Source: a bacterium (lineage in GTDB: Bacteria; Patescibacteriota; Minisyncoccia; Minisyncoccales; GCA-002788555). Taken from it: DNA of 55,202 nucleotides. Shown here one piece after another: positions 17,835-27,623 of this stretch. The notes below the pieces were generated by a model. It did not search any database, had not been told where the DNA came from, and saw only the letters and a program-made list of their open reading frames with translations. How positions within the stretch are numbered: position 1 is the first letter of the stretch; each line of letters starts with the position of its first letter. Where the stretch lies: assembly GCA_021158595.1 (NCBI GenBank), contig JAGGUF010000072.1:1-55202 (forward strand), read 5' to 3'. Position numbers and translations under genes: made by a program.

Positions 17835-18392
17835 TCAAAGAAGAAAAGAAATTTTTATATTAAGTTCTGAAAAGGTTCTCTTAATAATCTTATAAAATTT
17901 TTGAGGAAGATAAAGATTAACGATCTTGAGAAAAATCATTCTTCCTGGAACTCCAATTGGATTTTCAATTAATTGATGATCAACAATTATTTTTTTAATC
18001 TCAGCCTTTGCTAATATAAACTTCTCTTTATGAAATATGTTTTTTGCTTCTAAAAATGACTCCCGCTGGCAAGTCTCTATCATTTTTCCAAACTCAGAAG
18101 CAGTAATAGGTTTTTTAAAAAACCTTCGCAAAAAGTTCATTTCTTTCACTTTTCTTAGTCCAATCTCATTTCCTGTCTTTATAAAGGCGGAATAAAAGAT
18201 TGTCTTCTCTTTTTTCTCTAAAGATAAAATTAAGTCTTGAACTCTATTTTGAATGTCAACCTCCGAATGAGGATCATAGGGAACCTTAAAAAAATCCAGA
18301 AATTTTATGCTCTTATCTGAAGAGATAAAAGAACTCCCCTTTAAAAAAGAATTACCGAAATTAATTACCAAAAAAGGGTCTGGGTTTTCCAT
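17835..18392 (-). CDS. Hypothetical protein
   Basis: 185-aa ORF, first gene of the 18392->15299 run. The N-terminus FLVINFGNSFLKG faintly resembles an actin-like ATPase phosphate-1 loop, but this is not supportable. Confidence 0.4.
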   Translation of the reverse strand: MENPDPFLVINFGNSFLKGSSFISSDKSIKFLDFFKVPYDPHSEVDIQNRVQDLILSLEKKEKTIFYSAFIKTGNEIGLRKVKEMNFLRRFFKKPITASEFGKMIETCQRESFLEAKNIFHKEKFILAKAEIKKIIVDHQLIENPIGVPGRMIFLKIVNLYLPQKFYKIIKRTFSELNIKISFLL

Positions 18393-18413
18393 AATACTTT
18401 TGGAATTTTGAAT

Positions 18414-19511
18414 TTATTTTAGAATAGTATACTTCAACCTTCCCGAAGTCAAATCTTGCCATAAAATATGAATATTTCCTTTTTTGTCTATCAAAAGAGA
18501 GTGATCGCCAATCTTTCCCGAGGCAATGGTTCTGGTCTGCCAGGAATAACCGCTTTTCTTTGCTAGGTTAAGATTTTTACCCTGGATATAAAGAATAATT
18601 GGATTATCGCTTTTGTCTAAAGCAATTTCTGCTCTCTCGCTTCCCTTTTTGTCTATGATCTCTATCTCCCATCCTCCCTTAACCCTTTTGGCATATTTCA
18701 AACCATTTGATTGATCAAAATAACTAATATAAGGGATATCCTTTTTATCAAGAGAAATTGAATTCCAGCGTCCAATATCGGGACCAAAATCAACCACTTC
18801 TTTTTTCCATTTTTCTCCATTAAAGAAAATAAAAAGCAGGTTTTTATTTCCAAAATCAAAATAAGAAATGTAAGGATGTTGGTCCTTATCAAGAGCCAAA
18901 CTGTTCCACCAACCCACCCTTCCTCCATCTATTGTCTCTATATTCCATTTCTCGTTTATTTTCTTAGCATACATCAATCCCTTCAAAGGAGACCAAAAAC
19001 TGATATGGCAGATATTATTTCTATCAAATAGTAAATTGGAGGATAAAGCAGCGCTATTAAAAACTTTCTTTATCTCCCAACCTTTGTTAACCTTGGTGGC
19101 TAATTTTAAACAAAAACTGTTTCCTGTCTCAGATGGCTTAACAGGTTTTTGAAGATTACTGGGACTAATATAGAGAATATTGGGATTTCCTTTCTTATCA
19201 AAAGCAACAGAGGTTGCATTTCCGGGCAAAATATGAGAATCAACCACCTCTCTTTCCCAGTGATTTTTAATCTTGTGAGCAAAAATTAACTCTCCCCTTT
19301 CATTAATAAAACTTATTCCTAAGGCTCCTGAGGGAGAAATTGTCAGGGAATTTCCAAATCCTCCATCACCAACAATCTCTTCATTAGAAGAAATTGTAGA
19401 AGAGGCTAAAAGATAATTAAAGATAAATCCAAACCTTTCTCTAAAGACAAAGATAGCACCAATAAGAACAATAAGTAAGGTCAGAGTTATTATTTTTGAA
19501 TTATTTCTCAT
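18414..19511 (-). CDS. Hypothetical secreted/anchored repeat protein (beta-propeller-like)
   Basis: N-terminal TM helix, then about six repeats of ~45-50 aa sharing the pattern (N/H/I)P(x)I(L/S)Y...L.YAKK..G.W..E.ID. Confidence 0.5.
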   Translation of the reverse strand: MRNNSKIITLTLLIVLIGAIFVFRERFGFIFNYLLASSTISSNEEIVGDGGFGNSLTISPSGALGISFINERGELIFAHKIKNHWEREVVDSHILPGNATSVAFDKKGNPNILYISPSNLQKPVKPSETGNSFCLKLATKVNKGWEIKKVFNSAALSSNLLFDRNNICHISFWSPLKGLMYAKKINEKWNIETIDGGRVGWWNSLALDKDQHPYISYFDFGNKNLLFIFFNGEKWKKEVVDFGPDIGRWNSISLDKKDIPYISYFDQSNGLKYAKRVKGGWEIEIIDKKGSERAEIALDKSDNPIILYIQGKNLNLAKKSGYSWQTRTIASGKIGDHSLLIDKKGNIHILWQDLTSGRLKYTILK

Positions 19512-19523
19512 ATCTTTATGTAG

Positions 19524-20762
19524 TTATTTATGAATTATCACTGGGGTTCCAATATCAGCGAAATTATAAACATTTTGGGCCGCCCCCATTCCTACCCTTA
19601 CACAGCCATGGGAAACAGGAATTCCCAAATGCTCCTCTCCTTCCCTGTAGCCACCCGGCCAATAGGGAAGTTCATGAATATAATACCCATTGTAAAATCT
19701 TAAAGAATAGGGCATATAAAGTCCATATTGCACTGACCAATGATTTTTTTCTTTAGATAAAACTTGAAATCTTCCTGTTGGGGTCCGCATTCCTGGCTTA
19801 CCACTTGAGATAAGGTATTCAGCAGTTACTCTTCCCTTTTGATATAATCTCAGTCTTTGCTCTGATAAGTCAATATCAATAAATTTCTCTTTAGAAACTA
19901 ATTTAGGTTTAGACTTAGACCTTGGTCTGGGAGGAGATTGGGGTTCAAGTTTAAATTCTAATTCTCTCCCCAAAATCTCTATTTTATAATTCTTTCCTTC
20001 TTCAATTTTATTTGGCTTAAAAACAACCTGGGTTTGGGAGTTATCGAAGATAAACCTTCCTTCTAAATAAGGACTGATCCTAAGGTTTTCAGACAATCGC
20101 TTTTGACTAATGGGTTTGGTAAAAATCATTTTTATTTCCTTTTTGTCTTTATCAAAATACATCCTTTCTATTTTTGGTGATTCTATTCTAAAAGTAAGTT
20201 CTTTGTCCAAAATTTTAACATTATAATCCTTATCTTCTTCAATTAGGTATGGTTTAAAAATAATTTTTGTATTTGAGTCTAAAAATATATATTCTCCCTC
20301 CAGTTTTGGTTCTGTCTTAAATTTCTTGAAAAAATAATCTTGCTCGATTGGATCGAAAAATGTAATTTCAATCTTCCTTTTCTCTTCACTAAAGGTAATC
20401 TCTTTTGGCTTCGGGGAAGGAAGGAAAAAACTAAATTCTTTTTCAAAACATCTTATCTTATAGATTTTATCTCTTTCAATATTCTCTGGTAGAAACCGAA
20501 CCTTCTTATACCCTAAGATATGAAAGGGAGGATCTGGATTGTTTTCAAAAATAAATTTCCCCTCCAGTTTTGGAATAGTCTTTATATTCTTTAAAAAATA
20601 CCCTTTTGGGACAGGATATCTAAAAGAAAATGTCAGTTGTTTGGTTTGCTTGTCAAAACCTATTTCCACCCTTGTCTTTAGGGGTTCTAAATAAAAATGT
20701 TGAAAGGAAATGCCAGAGATTAAGATAATTATTATTCCCCAAAAGAGAATCCTTTGGGACAT
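19524..20762 (-). CDS. L,D-transpeptidase (YkuD domain) with three tandem ~85-aa N-terminal domains
   Basis: C-terminal catalytic motif IPVSHGCVRV. Three repeats are marked by P(K/Y)LEG.(F/Y)IF. Confidence 0.8.
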   Translation of the reverse strand: MSQRILFWGIIIILISGISFQHFYLEPLKTRVEIGFDKQTKQLTFSFRYPVPKGYFLKNIKTIPKLEGKFIFENNPDPPFHILGYKKVRFLPENIERDKIYKIRCFEKEFSFFLPSPKPKEITFSEEKRKIEITFFDPIEQDYFFKKFKTEPKLEGEYIFLDSNTKIIFKPYLIEEDKDYNVKILDKELTFRIESPKIERMYFDKDKKEIKMIFTKPISQKRLSENLRISPYLEGRFIFDNSQTQVVFKPNKIEEGKNYKIEILGRELEFKLEPQSPPRPRSKSKPKLVSKEKFIDIDLSEQRLRLYQKGRVTAEYLISSGKPGMRTPTGRFQVLSKEKNHWSVQYGLYMPYSLRFYNGYYIHELPYWPGGYREGEEHLGIPVSHGCVRVGMGAAQNVYNFADIGTPVIIHK

Positions 20763-20782
20763 AGATTAAAAGACAAATTGGC

Positions 20783-21361
20783 CTATCTTGTCAGGTTTAT
20801 TATGTAGGAAGTAATAAAAACCTCAATCACTGCTGCCAAAAACAAAAGTGGTAATAAGACCCTAAGAAAAAAAGTAAAGGACAAAAGGAACTCTTCTTTA
20901 ATCTTTCCTCTCTTAGTAAAAAGTCTGGTTCCAACCTCCTTTCCTATCTTCATTCCACTACTACAACATACAACCAAAACCGGAATCTCAATTATACCAT
21001 GAGGTAAAATTCCCATTAAGAAAACAGAAAGGGATAGACTCTGACAAGAAAGAAAAGTAAGAGCCCCTAAAATTCCACCATTAACAAGAAGGCAAAGAAA
21101 AGGGAAAATTCCCAAAATAGTTCCAAATAATAAAGCAGAAAATGTTGTAAGAGCATTATTTAAAAACACAATCAATAATTGTTTGAAAGGATTCATTTCA
21201 GTTATCGGTTCTAAAAATTCTTTAAAGGTTTCTAAAATCTCCTTTGTGTGGACAGGAAGGTTTCTGGCTATAAAATAGCCATTTAAAATAGCAAAAATAA
21301 AAACAAGAGAAGAAAACAAAATATAATGACGGAGGGAGAAAAGATAGGCCTTAAGATTCAT
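20783..21361 (-). CDS. SpoIIM-like integral membrane protein
   Basis: 192 aa with multiple TM helices; GILPHGIIEIPVLVV block typical of the SpoIIM/DUF95 family. Confidence 0.5.
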   Translation of the reverse strand: MNLKAYLFSLRHYILFSSLVFIFAILNGYFIARNLPVHTKEILETFKEFLEPITEMNPFKQLLIVFLNNALTTFSALLFGTILGIFPFLCLLVNGGILGALTFLSCQSLSLSVFLMGILPHGIIEIPVLVVCCSSGMKIGKEVGTRLFTKRGKIKEEFLLSFTFFLRVLLPLLFLAAVIEVFITSYIINLTR

Positions 21362-21906
21362 ATAAGTTTTCTTTTCTCCAAAATGGGTAAGATGGTTAAA
21401 ATTTTAAGATCTACCTTCATCTTTTTTGATTCTCTCTCAATAAAATCAACCAACTTTTTAATTGGCACCTTTATCACCTCTATTTCTTCTGAATCTTCCA
21501 AGACAGGTTTTTTTACAAACGTAACATCTTTGGCAAAGTAATAAACTACCTCCTGAGCAAAACCTCCAGGACTTATTGGACCTTTGATAATAGGAATTAT
21601 TCTTTCTGCCTTATATCCGGTCTCTTCTAAAAGTTCTCTTCTGGCTACCTCTTCTTCTCTTTCTCCTTTTTTATCTTGAAGTCCCGCTGGTAACTCTATT
21701 ACCCAGTCCTTAAATGGTACCCGATAAATCTTCTCAAGTAGGACCTCCTTATTTTTGGTTAAGGCAAAAATCACTACTGGAGGGCCAAAGTCTTTTCTCT
21801 CTACAAACTCCCAAAACTCCTTCTTTCCATTTTTGTTTATAAAATGGGTTATTTTGAGCATTAGATATTTCCCCTTAAATATTGTTTCTGTCTTTATGAT
21901 TTTCAT
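21358..21906 (-). CDS. NUDIX hydrolase (ADP-ribose pyrophosphatase-like)
   Basis: Nudix box GLQDKKGEREEEVARRELLEETGY. Confidence 0.8.
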   Translation of the reverse strand: MKIIKTETIFKGKYLMLKITHFINKNGKKEFWEFVERKDFGPPVVIFALTKNKEVLLEKIYRVPFKDWVIELPAGLQDKKGEREEEVARRELLEETGYKAERIIPIIKGPISPGGFAQEVVYYFAKDVTFVKKPVLEDSEEIEVIKVPIKKLVDFIERESKKMKVDLKILTILPILEKRKLI

Positions 21907-21927
21907 AGATTCTTATATGTGAGGTTT

Positions 21928-21996
21928 CCCTCCCCCACCTATATCCTCCCTCTCCCAGAGGGAGGGGGAGGATTAAGGAGGGGGTGAAACTGTACA
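21928..21996. repeat. Hairpin-core repeat (opposite orientation) plus partial terminal repeat
   Basis: CCCTCCCCCACCTATATCCTCCCTCTCCC-AGAG-GGAGGGGGAGGATTAAGGAGGGG, then GGTGAAACTGTACA (reverse complement of the 9676 terminal repeat start). Ends 1 nt before the stop codon of the 21998 gene. Confidence 0.8.
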
Positions 21997-21997
21997 G

Positions 21998-22747
21998 TTA
22001 TTCACTTACAACTTTTATTAAAGATACATCTGGCTTTTCATCAATCTTTATTAAAACCAGTGTATCACTTGAGGGAACTACTCTGCTTATCCAACATCCT
22101 GAATTAACTATGTGTTGTTTTTGATCAATCTTTGAGATATGAGAATGAGCCAGAACCATCCAACTTCCCTGGTCAGCCCTAATTGCCCTTCGGGCTATTT
22201 TTTCAAATGAACCAGGAACCAAAATACTTATCATTGTTGCTAAAAATCCATGCCTTAAAATATAATCCCCATGGAGTATATAAAAAGAGGCCTCTGGAGT
22301 TACCAACCTTAACATTCCCTTTACCACCAAAAATTCTACTCCATTGATCTCATATTCCAAGGTTTTTTCTAAATATGGATCATGATCATACAGGGCTGGA
22401 ATATATATTATCTTCTTAATTGAATCTTGGCTATTAATATTTAGTCTCTGCATTGCCTCTTGTAAAAAAACAGGCTCCATTTTTTCATTATGTTTTTTCT
22501 CAAAAAGGTCTCCATTGATGACTAAATAGTCAATTTTTTTCTCGTTTAAATAATTACCGATAAAGGTCAAGTCTCTTGAATTGCTATCTAAGTGGAGATC
22601 GGATATTACTCCAATATTACCAGAATTAACATATACACTATATTGAGAAATTCTCTCTTTATAAAGAAAGGGCAGTTCAAACCTCACAAATCCACCAATA
22701 AGCAAAAGAATAAAAACAGTGATGAAGAAATTCTTTCCAATAATCAT
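21998..22747 (-). CDS. Membrane-anchored metallophosphoesterase
   Basis: ISDLHLD and INGDLF motifs, later GD/H blocks (HGDYILRHG, AHSH); N-terminal TM helix. Confidence 0.65.
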   Translation of the reverse strand: MIIGKNFFITVFILLLIGGFVRFELPFLYKERISQYSVYVNSGNIGVISDLHLDSNSRDLTFIGNYLNEKKIDYLVINGDLFEKKHNEKMEPVFLQEAMQRLNINSQDSIKKIIYIPALYDHDPYLEKTLEYEINGVEFLVVKGMLRLVTPEASFYILHGDYILRHGFLATMISILVPGSFEKIARRAIRADQGSWMVLAHSHISKIDQKQHIVNSGCWISRVVPSSDTLVLIKIDEKPDVSLIKVVSE

Positions 22748-22842
22748 ATTTTAAAAATAAAAATACCTTCTCGAGCAACTTTGCTCGCTTAAAAAGAAAG
22801 GAACAGAATCCCAGTAATACACCTAAACAAGAAAGAATAAAA

Positions 22843-23877
22843 TCACTCTCCCATTCTCTTTTCTAATCTCTCTCCTGATTCCATTTTTTCAGGCTTTGCT
22901 ATAGGCAAGGGGGTCTGTTGCTTTTTCAATCCTTCTTTTGCTTCCTTGTTCGTCTCTTTTTGAATTTTTTTCTTCACCTCTTGAGGAACCTCTTCAGGTA
23001 TAACTACCTCTTGAAGACTCTTATCTGATGCTTCCTTTTCTTTAAAAGTCTCTACATTGTTTTCATAACTTTTTACTGAAGCCTCCATTGCCTTCTCAAT
23101 AGCAGGCTTTGCCTCAGGCGAAATCTTCTTATAAACCTCAGATAGAGTCTTTAAATGAGAGGTAGTGGCTTCTTTAGAAAGTTGCAATAAACTACTGACA
23201 TCCTTTCCTGAATTTTGAGCGATTTTGAGAATTTCCTTCTCAAATTCCTCTTGATCTTTAAACTCTTCTATGACTTTCTTTACCTCTTCTGTCTCTTTTT
23301 TCTCCGCTTTTTTCTTTGCCTTCTCTAGTCTATTCTCTGCCATTTTTAAATTGATTTTAGTCGCCTTTTCTGGATCTTGTTTGGCAAGTGCCTTTAATGC
23401 ACTTCTTTGACCCTTCATTGATGCCTCCTTTGCCTTAAGAACTGCCTGTTTTGCCTTATCTGGACACCTTTCTAATACCTGATCCAAAACAATAAAATGT
23501 CGGCCTGTACCTTCTGAGACAATCTCAGCCACCTTTGAAACATCCTTACCTTCTTCCTCAGCTTTATTTATTCTAGTCAAAGAGTTTTCTAATTGCTTCT
23601 GGTATCTCACCAAGGCCTTTTCTGCTGCCTCTGATTTCCCCTTCTCTACCATTGCCTTTAATTCAGCAATTCTTTCTGTGGCCAAGGTAGCGTATCTTTC
23701 CGCTTTTTTAATATCACCAAATGTAAAAAATGTTCCAATCTCCTCTGCAACTTCTTCCAACAAATAAAAAGGGCTATCCGGAGTTAATCCTGGATTTGGA
23801 AGTTCTGTCTGTTGAGCCCATCCATTTGTAAAGAATCCAAATAGGATAAAAATAGAGATAAGCAATGCCTTTCTCAT
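22843..23877 (-). CDS. Secreted coiled-coil protein (DUF5667-like N-terminus)
   Basis: Signal peptide MRKALLISIFILFGFFTNGWA, PDSPFYLLEE motif, long E/K/A-rich helical remainder. Confidence 0.5.
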   Translation of the reverse strand: MRKALLISIFILFGFFTNGWAQQTELPNPGLTPDSPFYLLEEVAEEIGTFFTFGDIKKAERYATLATERIAELKAMVEKGKSEAAEKALVRYQKQLENSLTRINKAEEEGKDVSKVAEIVSEGTGRHFIVLDQVLERCPDKAKQAVLKAKEASMKGQRSALKALAKQDPEKATKINLKMAENRLEKAKKKAEKKETEEVKKVIEEFKDQEEFEKEILKIAQNSGKDVSSLLQLSKEATTSHLKTLSEVYKKISPEAKPAIEKAMEASVKSYENNVETFKEKEASDKSLQEVVIPEEVPQEVKKKIQKETNKEAKEGLKKQQTPLPIAKPEKMESGERLEKRMGE

Positions 23878-23887
23878 AAAATATCTT

Positions 23888-24649
23888 CTATATTAATTGC
23901 CGACCTTTAAGCATTTCAGACAATGTTTTAGCATTTTTGGGAGCATAGCCATGGGCATCGTTATTAAAATAGCAGTAAACATCCAATTTTTGCTTTAGGT
24001 ATCTTCTAATCTTTCTGCTCAGATTTTTAAGTTCTTCTTCGGTATAATCTGAACTGAACAGAACCCTTGAGCCATGCATTCTTATATAGACAAAATTGCT
24101 GGTTATTACTTCTGCTTTAGGATAAGAAGGAGAATCAGCAATAACCCAGGTTATCTTATATTTTCTTAGGATATCATAGATTTTATTTTGACACCAATCG
24201 GGATGGCGAAACTCAAAAGCATATCGAAAAGACAAATCACTTTGAGCAGAAATGATTTTCAAAAAGTTTTTAAGGTTTTTTACATTTTTCTCAGTAGGAG
24301 AAAAACTGGGAGGGAGTTGAAATAAAAATGGTCCTAACTTCTCTTTTAATTGAACTGCTCTCTCTAAAAAAGTCCTCCAGGCACTCTTGCATTGAGAGAG
24401 TTTTTTAATGTGGGTAATAAACCTAGAGACCTTCACCGCAAAAATAAATCCCTCTGGTACTTTCTTTCTCCAATTGGAAAAGGTCTTTGCCGTAGGCAGG
24501 TGATAAAAGGGACTATTCAACTCTACCGTATTAAAACAAGAGGCGTAATATTGAAGTTGCTTTGCTTTTGGAAGATCCTTAGGATAAAATACTCCCTTTT
24601 CCCAATGGACATAAGAGTATCCACTGGTACCAATATATAGTTTGCTCAT
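23888..24649 (-). CDS. DUF72 family protein
   Basis: YIGTSGYSYVHWEKGVFYP N-terminal signature; 253 aa. Confidence 0.75.
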   Translation of the reverse strand: MSKLYIGTSGYSYVHWEKGVFYPKDLPKAKQLQYYASCFNTVELNSPFYHLPTAKTFSNWRKKVPEGFIFAVKVSRFITHIKKLSQCKSAWRTFLERAVQLKEKLGPFLFQLPPSFSPTEKNVKNLKNFLKIISAQSDLSFRYAFEFRHPDWCQNKIYDILRKYKITWVIADSPSYPKAEVITSNFVYIRMHGSRVLFSSDYTEEELKNLSRKIRRYLKQKLDVYCYFNNDAHGYAPKNAKTLSEMLKGRQLI

Positions 24650-24680
24650 AATTAGTATTTATTGGCAAAAGCCTTTTATT

Positions 24681-25532
24681 TTATTGTTCCTTCTTGCGAA
24701 AGACCACCTCTGTGTGAGGATAGGCCAACTCTACCTCTTTTTGAGAATTAATTTTTTCAAAAATTCTATAGGTAATCTCACTTGAAACCTCTTCTCTTCG
24801 AGAAGCAGGAACATAGTATCTGACAGTGACATCAATTCCATAAGAAGTGAACCAGGTGCGAACATATGGCTGAAAACCAATTCTATAACCCTTAAGCACT
24901 TCCTCTGCTGCTTCTTTGCCAATTTTCTTGGCTTTTTTAATATTGCTTTCAAAGGTAACAATAAATTTTACCTGATCCAAAATAAGTTCATTTTGCTTTG
25001 TGTAATTGATTATGTCTTGTTCAAACAACTTTGCATTGGGAATTAAAATCACTCTCCCAGAAGACTCTTCTGAAGCGATTGTTCCTCCAATTTCTCCAAT
25101 ATGAATATGGGTTAAGGTAATATCAACTACATCTCCTTTAACATTGCCAATTATTACCCTATCTCCAATCTCAAAAGGTCTTTTAATTACTACCATCAGC
25201 CAGGCAGCCACTCCTGTAATTGGTCTCTGAAGCGCCCAACCCAAAGCAGCAGAAAGAAGACCAGCGGTAATGCCAATTCCTGTTAAAGAACCAGTATAGG
25301 ATAAAATGGCAAAGATTATTAAAAGAGAAACCAAGGTATATTGAGCAACCCGGAAAAAAATCTTGACATTAGACTTCTCCTTCTTGCCCTTGGCTTTCTG
25401 AAGTAATCTTGTTTTGGTAAGGTTCAAAAACCAACTTAAAAGATAATACAAAACAAAAACACCAACAATTGTTCCTAAAATCTTGAAAAATAAACCTAAA
25501 TCAATAGTGTTTAAAAAATCAGAAATGCTCAT
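24681..25532 (-). CDS. Small-conductance mechanosensitive channel (MscS family)
   Basis: Three TM helices followed by the beta-domain block PFEIGDRVIIGNVKGDVVDITLTHIHI. Confidence 0.75.
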   Translation of the reverse strand: MSISDFLNTIDLGLFFKILGTIVGVFVLYYLLSWFLNLTKTRLLQKAKGKKEKSNVKIFFRVAQYTLVSLLIIFAILSYTGSLTGIGITAGLLSAALGWALQRPITGVAAWLMVVIKRPFEIGDRVIIGNVKGDVVDITLTHIHIGEIGGTIASEESSGRVILIPNAKLFEQDIINYTKQNELILDQVKFIVTFESNIKKAKKIGKEAAEEVLKGYRIGFQPYVRTWFTSYGIDVTVRYYVPASRREEVSSEITYRIFEKINSQKEVELAYPHTEVVFRKKEQ

Positions 25533-26697
25533 ATAATCTCCTTTGGGCTTCTTGTTTCTCTCGAATTGAAATTTTACTTTTTTTAATCCCTTTTTCCATA
25601 ATATCTAACAAATTATCGTAGATATCTTTTCTTACAAAAAATGGAGTTCCATCCTTTCCACCTACACAAAAGGAATACCTTGCTGGATCCTCATAAGAAG
25701 GTTTGGCTCCATAAATGACCTCAGAAACCAAACTTAAGGCTCTTATTGTCTTTGGACCTACTCCCTTTAAAGAAAGAAGTTGTTCGTAATTCCTTGGCTT
25801 TTGTTCACAGACCCGATATAAAATCTTCTTTAGGTATCTACTCTCTAAGAAATTTTCTAATACCACAGGATGCCAATAAAATTCTCTATTTTCTAAACGA
25901 AGAAGGGTAATTTTATTTTGTTTAAATCTCAAAGAAATCATTTTAGACAATTGAGAACTATGTCTTCTTAAAATCTGAATATCTTTTATCAGGCTTTGAT
26001 AGTTACCCTGAACCAATTCTGTTGTAACCTCTCGGTTTTTTTCACTTTGTTTTGCTACTAAATTTAAGGCAGGATTTTTTAATTGGGTGATAATACCACT
26101 ATGAGGTTCACAAACTAAATCAGTTATTTTTTCAGAATACCAATGATAACGTCGGGCTGTCTGATTGTAGACATTCATTCCCTGTTGAATTACTGCCCAG
26201 GAACCAATCTTCTTTTTAAAACCTTTTTGTGTTAAAGAAAAGAAAAAACTATGGTGATAAATCTGATAATTATCTTGCAAACAACAGGAGTCTATCTTGG
26301 CTGCCATTTTTGAATTGTAAATTAAGTTATTAACCTGTCCAGCAGGCAAACCCAAAACCCCACCCCAATTTTCAATCTCCTCTGGGGTCTGTCGAGAGGT
26401 CTTTCCTTTGCCTCCACAAATAAAAACTCCTAAATCTTTTTCTAATCCTTTCAGACCCTTCTTAAGGGCTCCGGTAGTAATGGTAGTAGTGCCACTACTA
26501 TTCCAATCCATTCCAATCACACAACTTAAGGCTTGAAACCATACGGGATCAGAAATCCTTTTCACAAACTCTTCTGGTCCATATTCTTCCACTATCACCT
26601 CTGTGATTTTACCTGCCAACCTTGCCATCCTCTCAAAAAGCCATTTGGGGCACCTTCCATAATCTAAACCAAAACTAACAATTCCTCTTTGGATCAT
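25519..26697 (-). CDS. DUF763-like protein with C-terminal helix-hairpin-helix
   Basis: 392 aa; N-terminal GLDYGRCPKWLFERM block recalled from DUF763 proteins; HhH-like LLSLKGVGPKTIRAL. Confidence 0.45.
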   Translation of the reverse strand: MIQRGIVSFGLDYGRCPKWLFERMARLAGKITEVIVEEYGPEEFVKRISDPVWFQALSCVIGMDWNSSGTTTITTGALKKGLKGLEKDLGVFICGGKGKTSRQTPEEIENWGGVLGLPAGQVNNLIYNSKMAAKIDSCCLQDNYQIYHHSFFFSLTQKGFKKKIGSWAVIQQGMNVYNQTARRYHWYSEKITDLVCEPHSGIITQLKNPALNLVAKQSEKNREVTTELVQGNYQSLIKDIQILRRHSSQLSKMISLRFKQNKITLLRLENREFYWHPVVLENFLESRYLKKILYRVCEQKPRNYEQLLSLKGVGPKTIRALSLVSEVIYGAKPSYEDPARYSFCVGGKDGTPFFVRKDIYDNLLDIMEKGIKKSKISIREKQEAQRRLYEHF

Positions 26698-26698
26698 A

Positions 26699-27610
26699 TT
26701 AAATAATCCTTTTTCTTCTTAAAAGAATAACAAAACCCAGCCAAATTACACCTATTATTCCCATCAGATAATAAAAGACCCAAGGATTTTTTTGAAATGG
26801 TAATAATACATTCATTCCATAAATTCCTGAAATGACTGTTGGAAGTTCAATAAAAATAGTAAATACAGTAAGAATAGTAATAGTCCGGTTTAATCTATGG
26901 CTTAATAAGATCACATAATACTCTCTCATATTAGAGATAAGTTTCAAAAATGATTTACATAGATTTAATCCCTGAGTACTTTCTTCAATAAGATTTTCTA
27001 TAATTTCTCTATCTTCTTCAAAAAATTCTATCTTTCGGATGATTCGTTCATACAACAAATTTATATGATGATAAGAAGAAACCAAGGTATTAAGAAAGTT
27101 CTCCTTCTCAAGTAAGGAATAAAGCATTTTTTCATCCATCTGGGGAGTTAACTGGTTCTGTTTATGGATATCTCTTACAATATCCGTAGTGACCTCCTGA
27201 AAATCTTTATCAATTAAAGAAAGTAGGTTTATGAGACATTTCAGTTTCTGAGTAGTAATAAATGCAACCTTTCCATCTAAAATTTTTCTTATGAAACCGG
27301 GTTCACTTCGTGAGAGAGTAAGAATAAAATCTTCCGCTATTACTATTAAATATGTTTCTATCTCTTTTCTTTCTTTTCCAGAAAAGATTTTGGTAAAAAC
27401 ATATATTTTATCCCTTACAAAATCCAAGCGAGGAACCTCATTTACATCTAAACCTGATTCTAAATTCCTTTTGTCTAATCTCATTTCCTTCACTAAATAT
27501 TTCAGTTCTTGAGAAGAGGGATTAACAACATTAATCCAGACCCCTACCTGAGGCTTGAGAACTCTTTTAATAAATTTATCTTGAATTGTTCGTTTAAAAA
27601 AGGAGATCAT
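26699..27610 (-). CDS. corA: Magnesium/cobalt transporter CorA
   Basis: GMN motif (YGMN) between two C-terminal TM helices; 303 aa. Confidence 0.8.
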   Translation of the reverse strand: MISFFKRTIQDKFIKRVLKPQVGVWINVVNPSSQELKYLVKEMRLDKRNLESGLDVNEVPRLDFVRDKIYVFTKIFSGKERKEIETYLIVIAEDFILTLSRSEPGFIRKILDGKVAFITTQKLKCLINLLSLIDKDFQEVTTDIVRDIHKQNQLTPQMDEKMLYSLLEKENFLNTLVSSYHHINLLYERIIRKIEFFEEDREIIENLIEESTQGLNLCKSFLKLISNMREYYVILLSHRLNRTITILTVFTIFIELPTVISGIYGMNVLLPFQKNPWVFYYLMGIIGVIWLGFVILLRRKRII

Positions 27611-27623
27611 ATTGTCAAAATAC

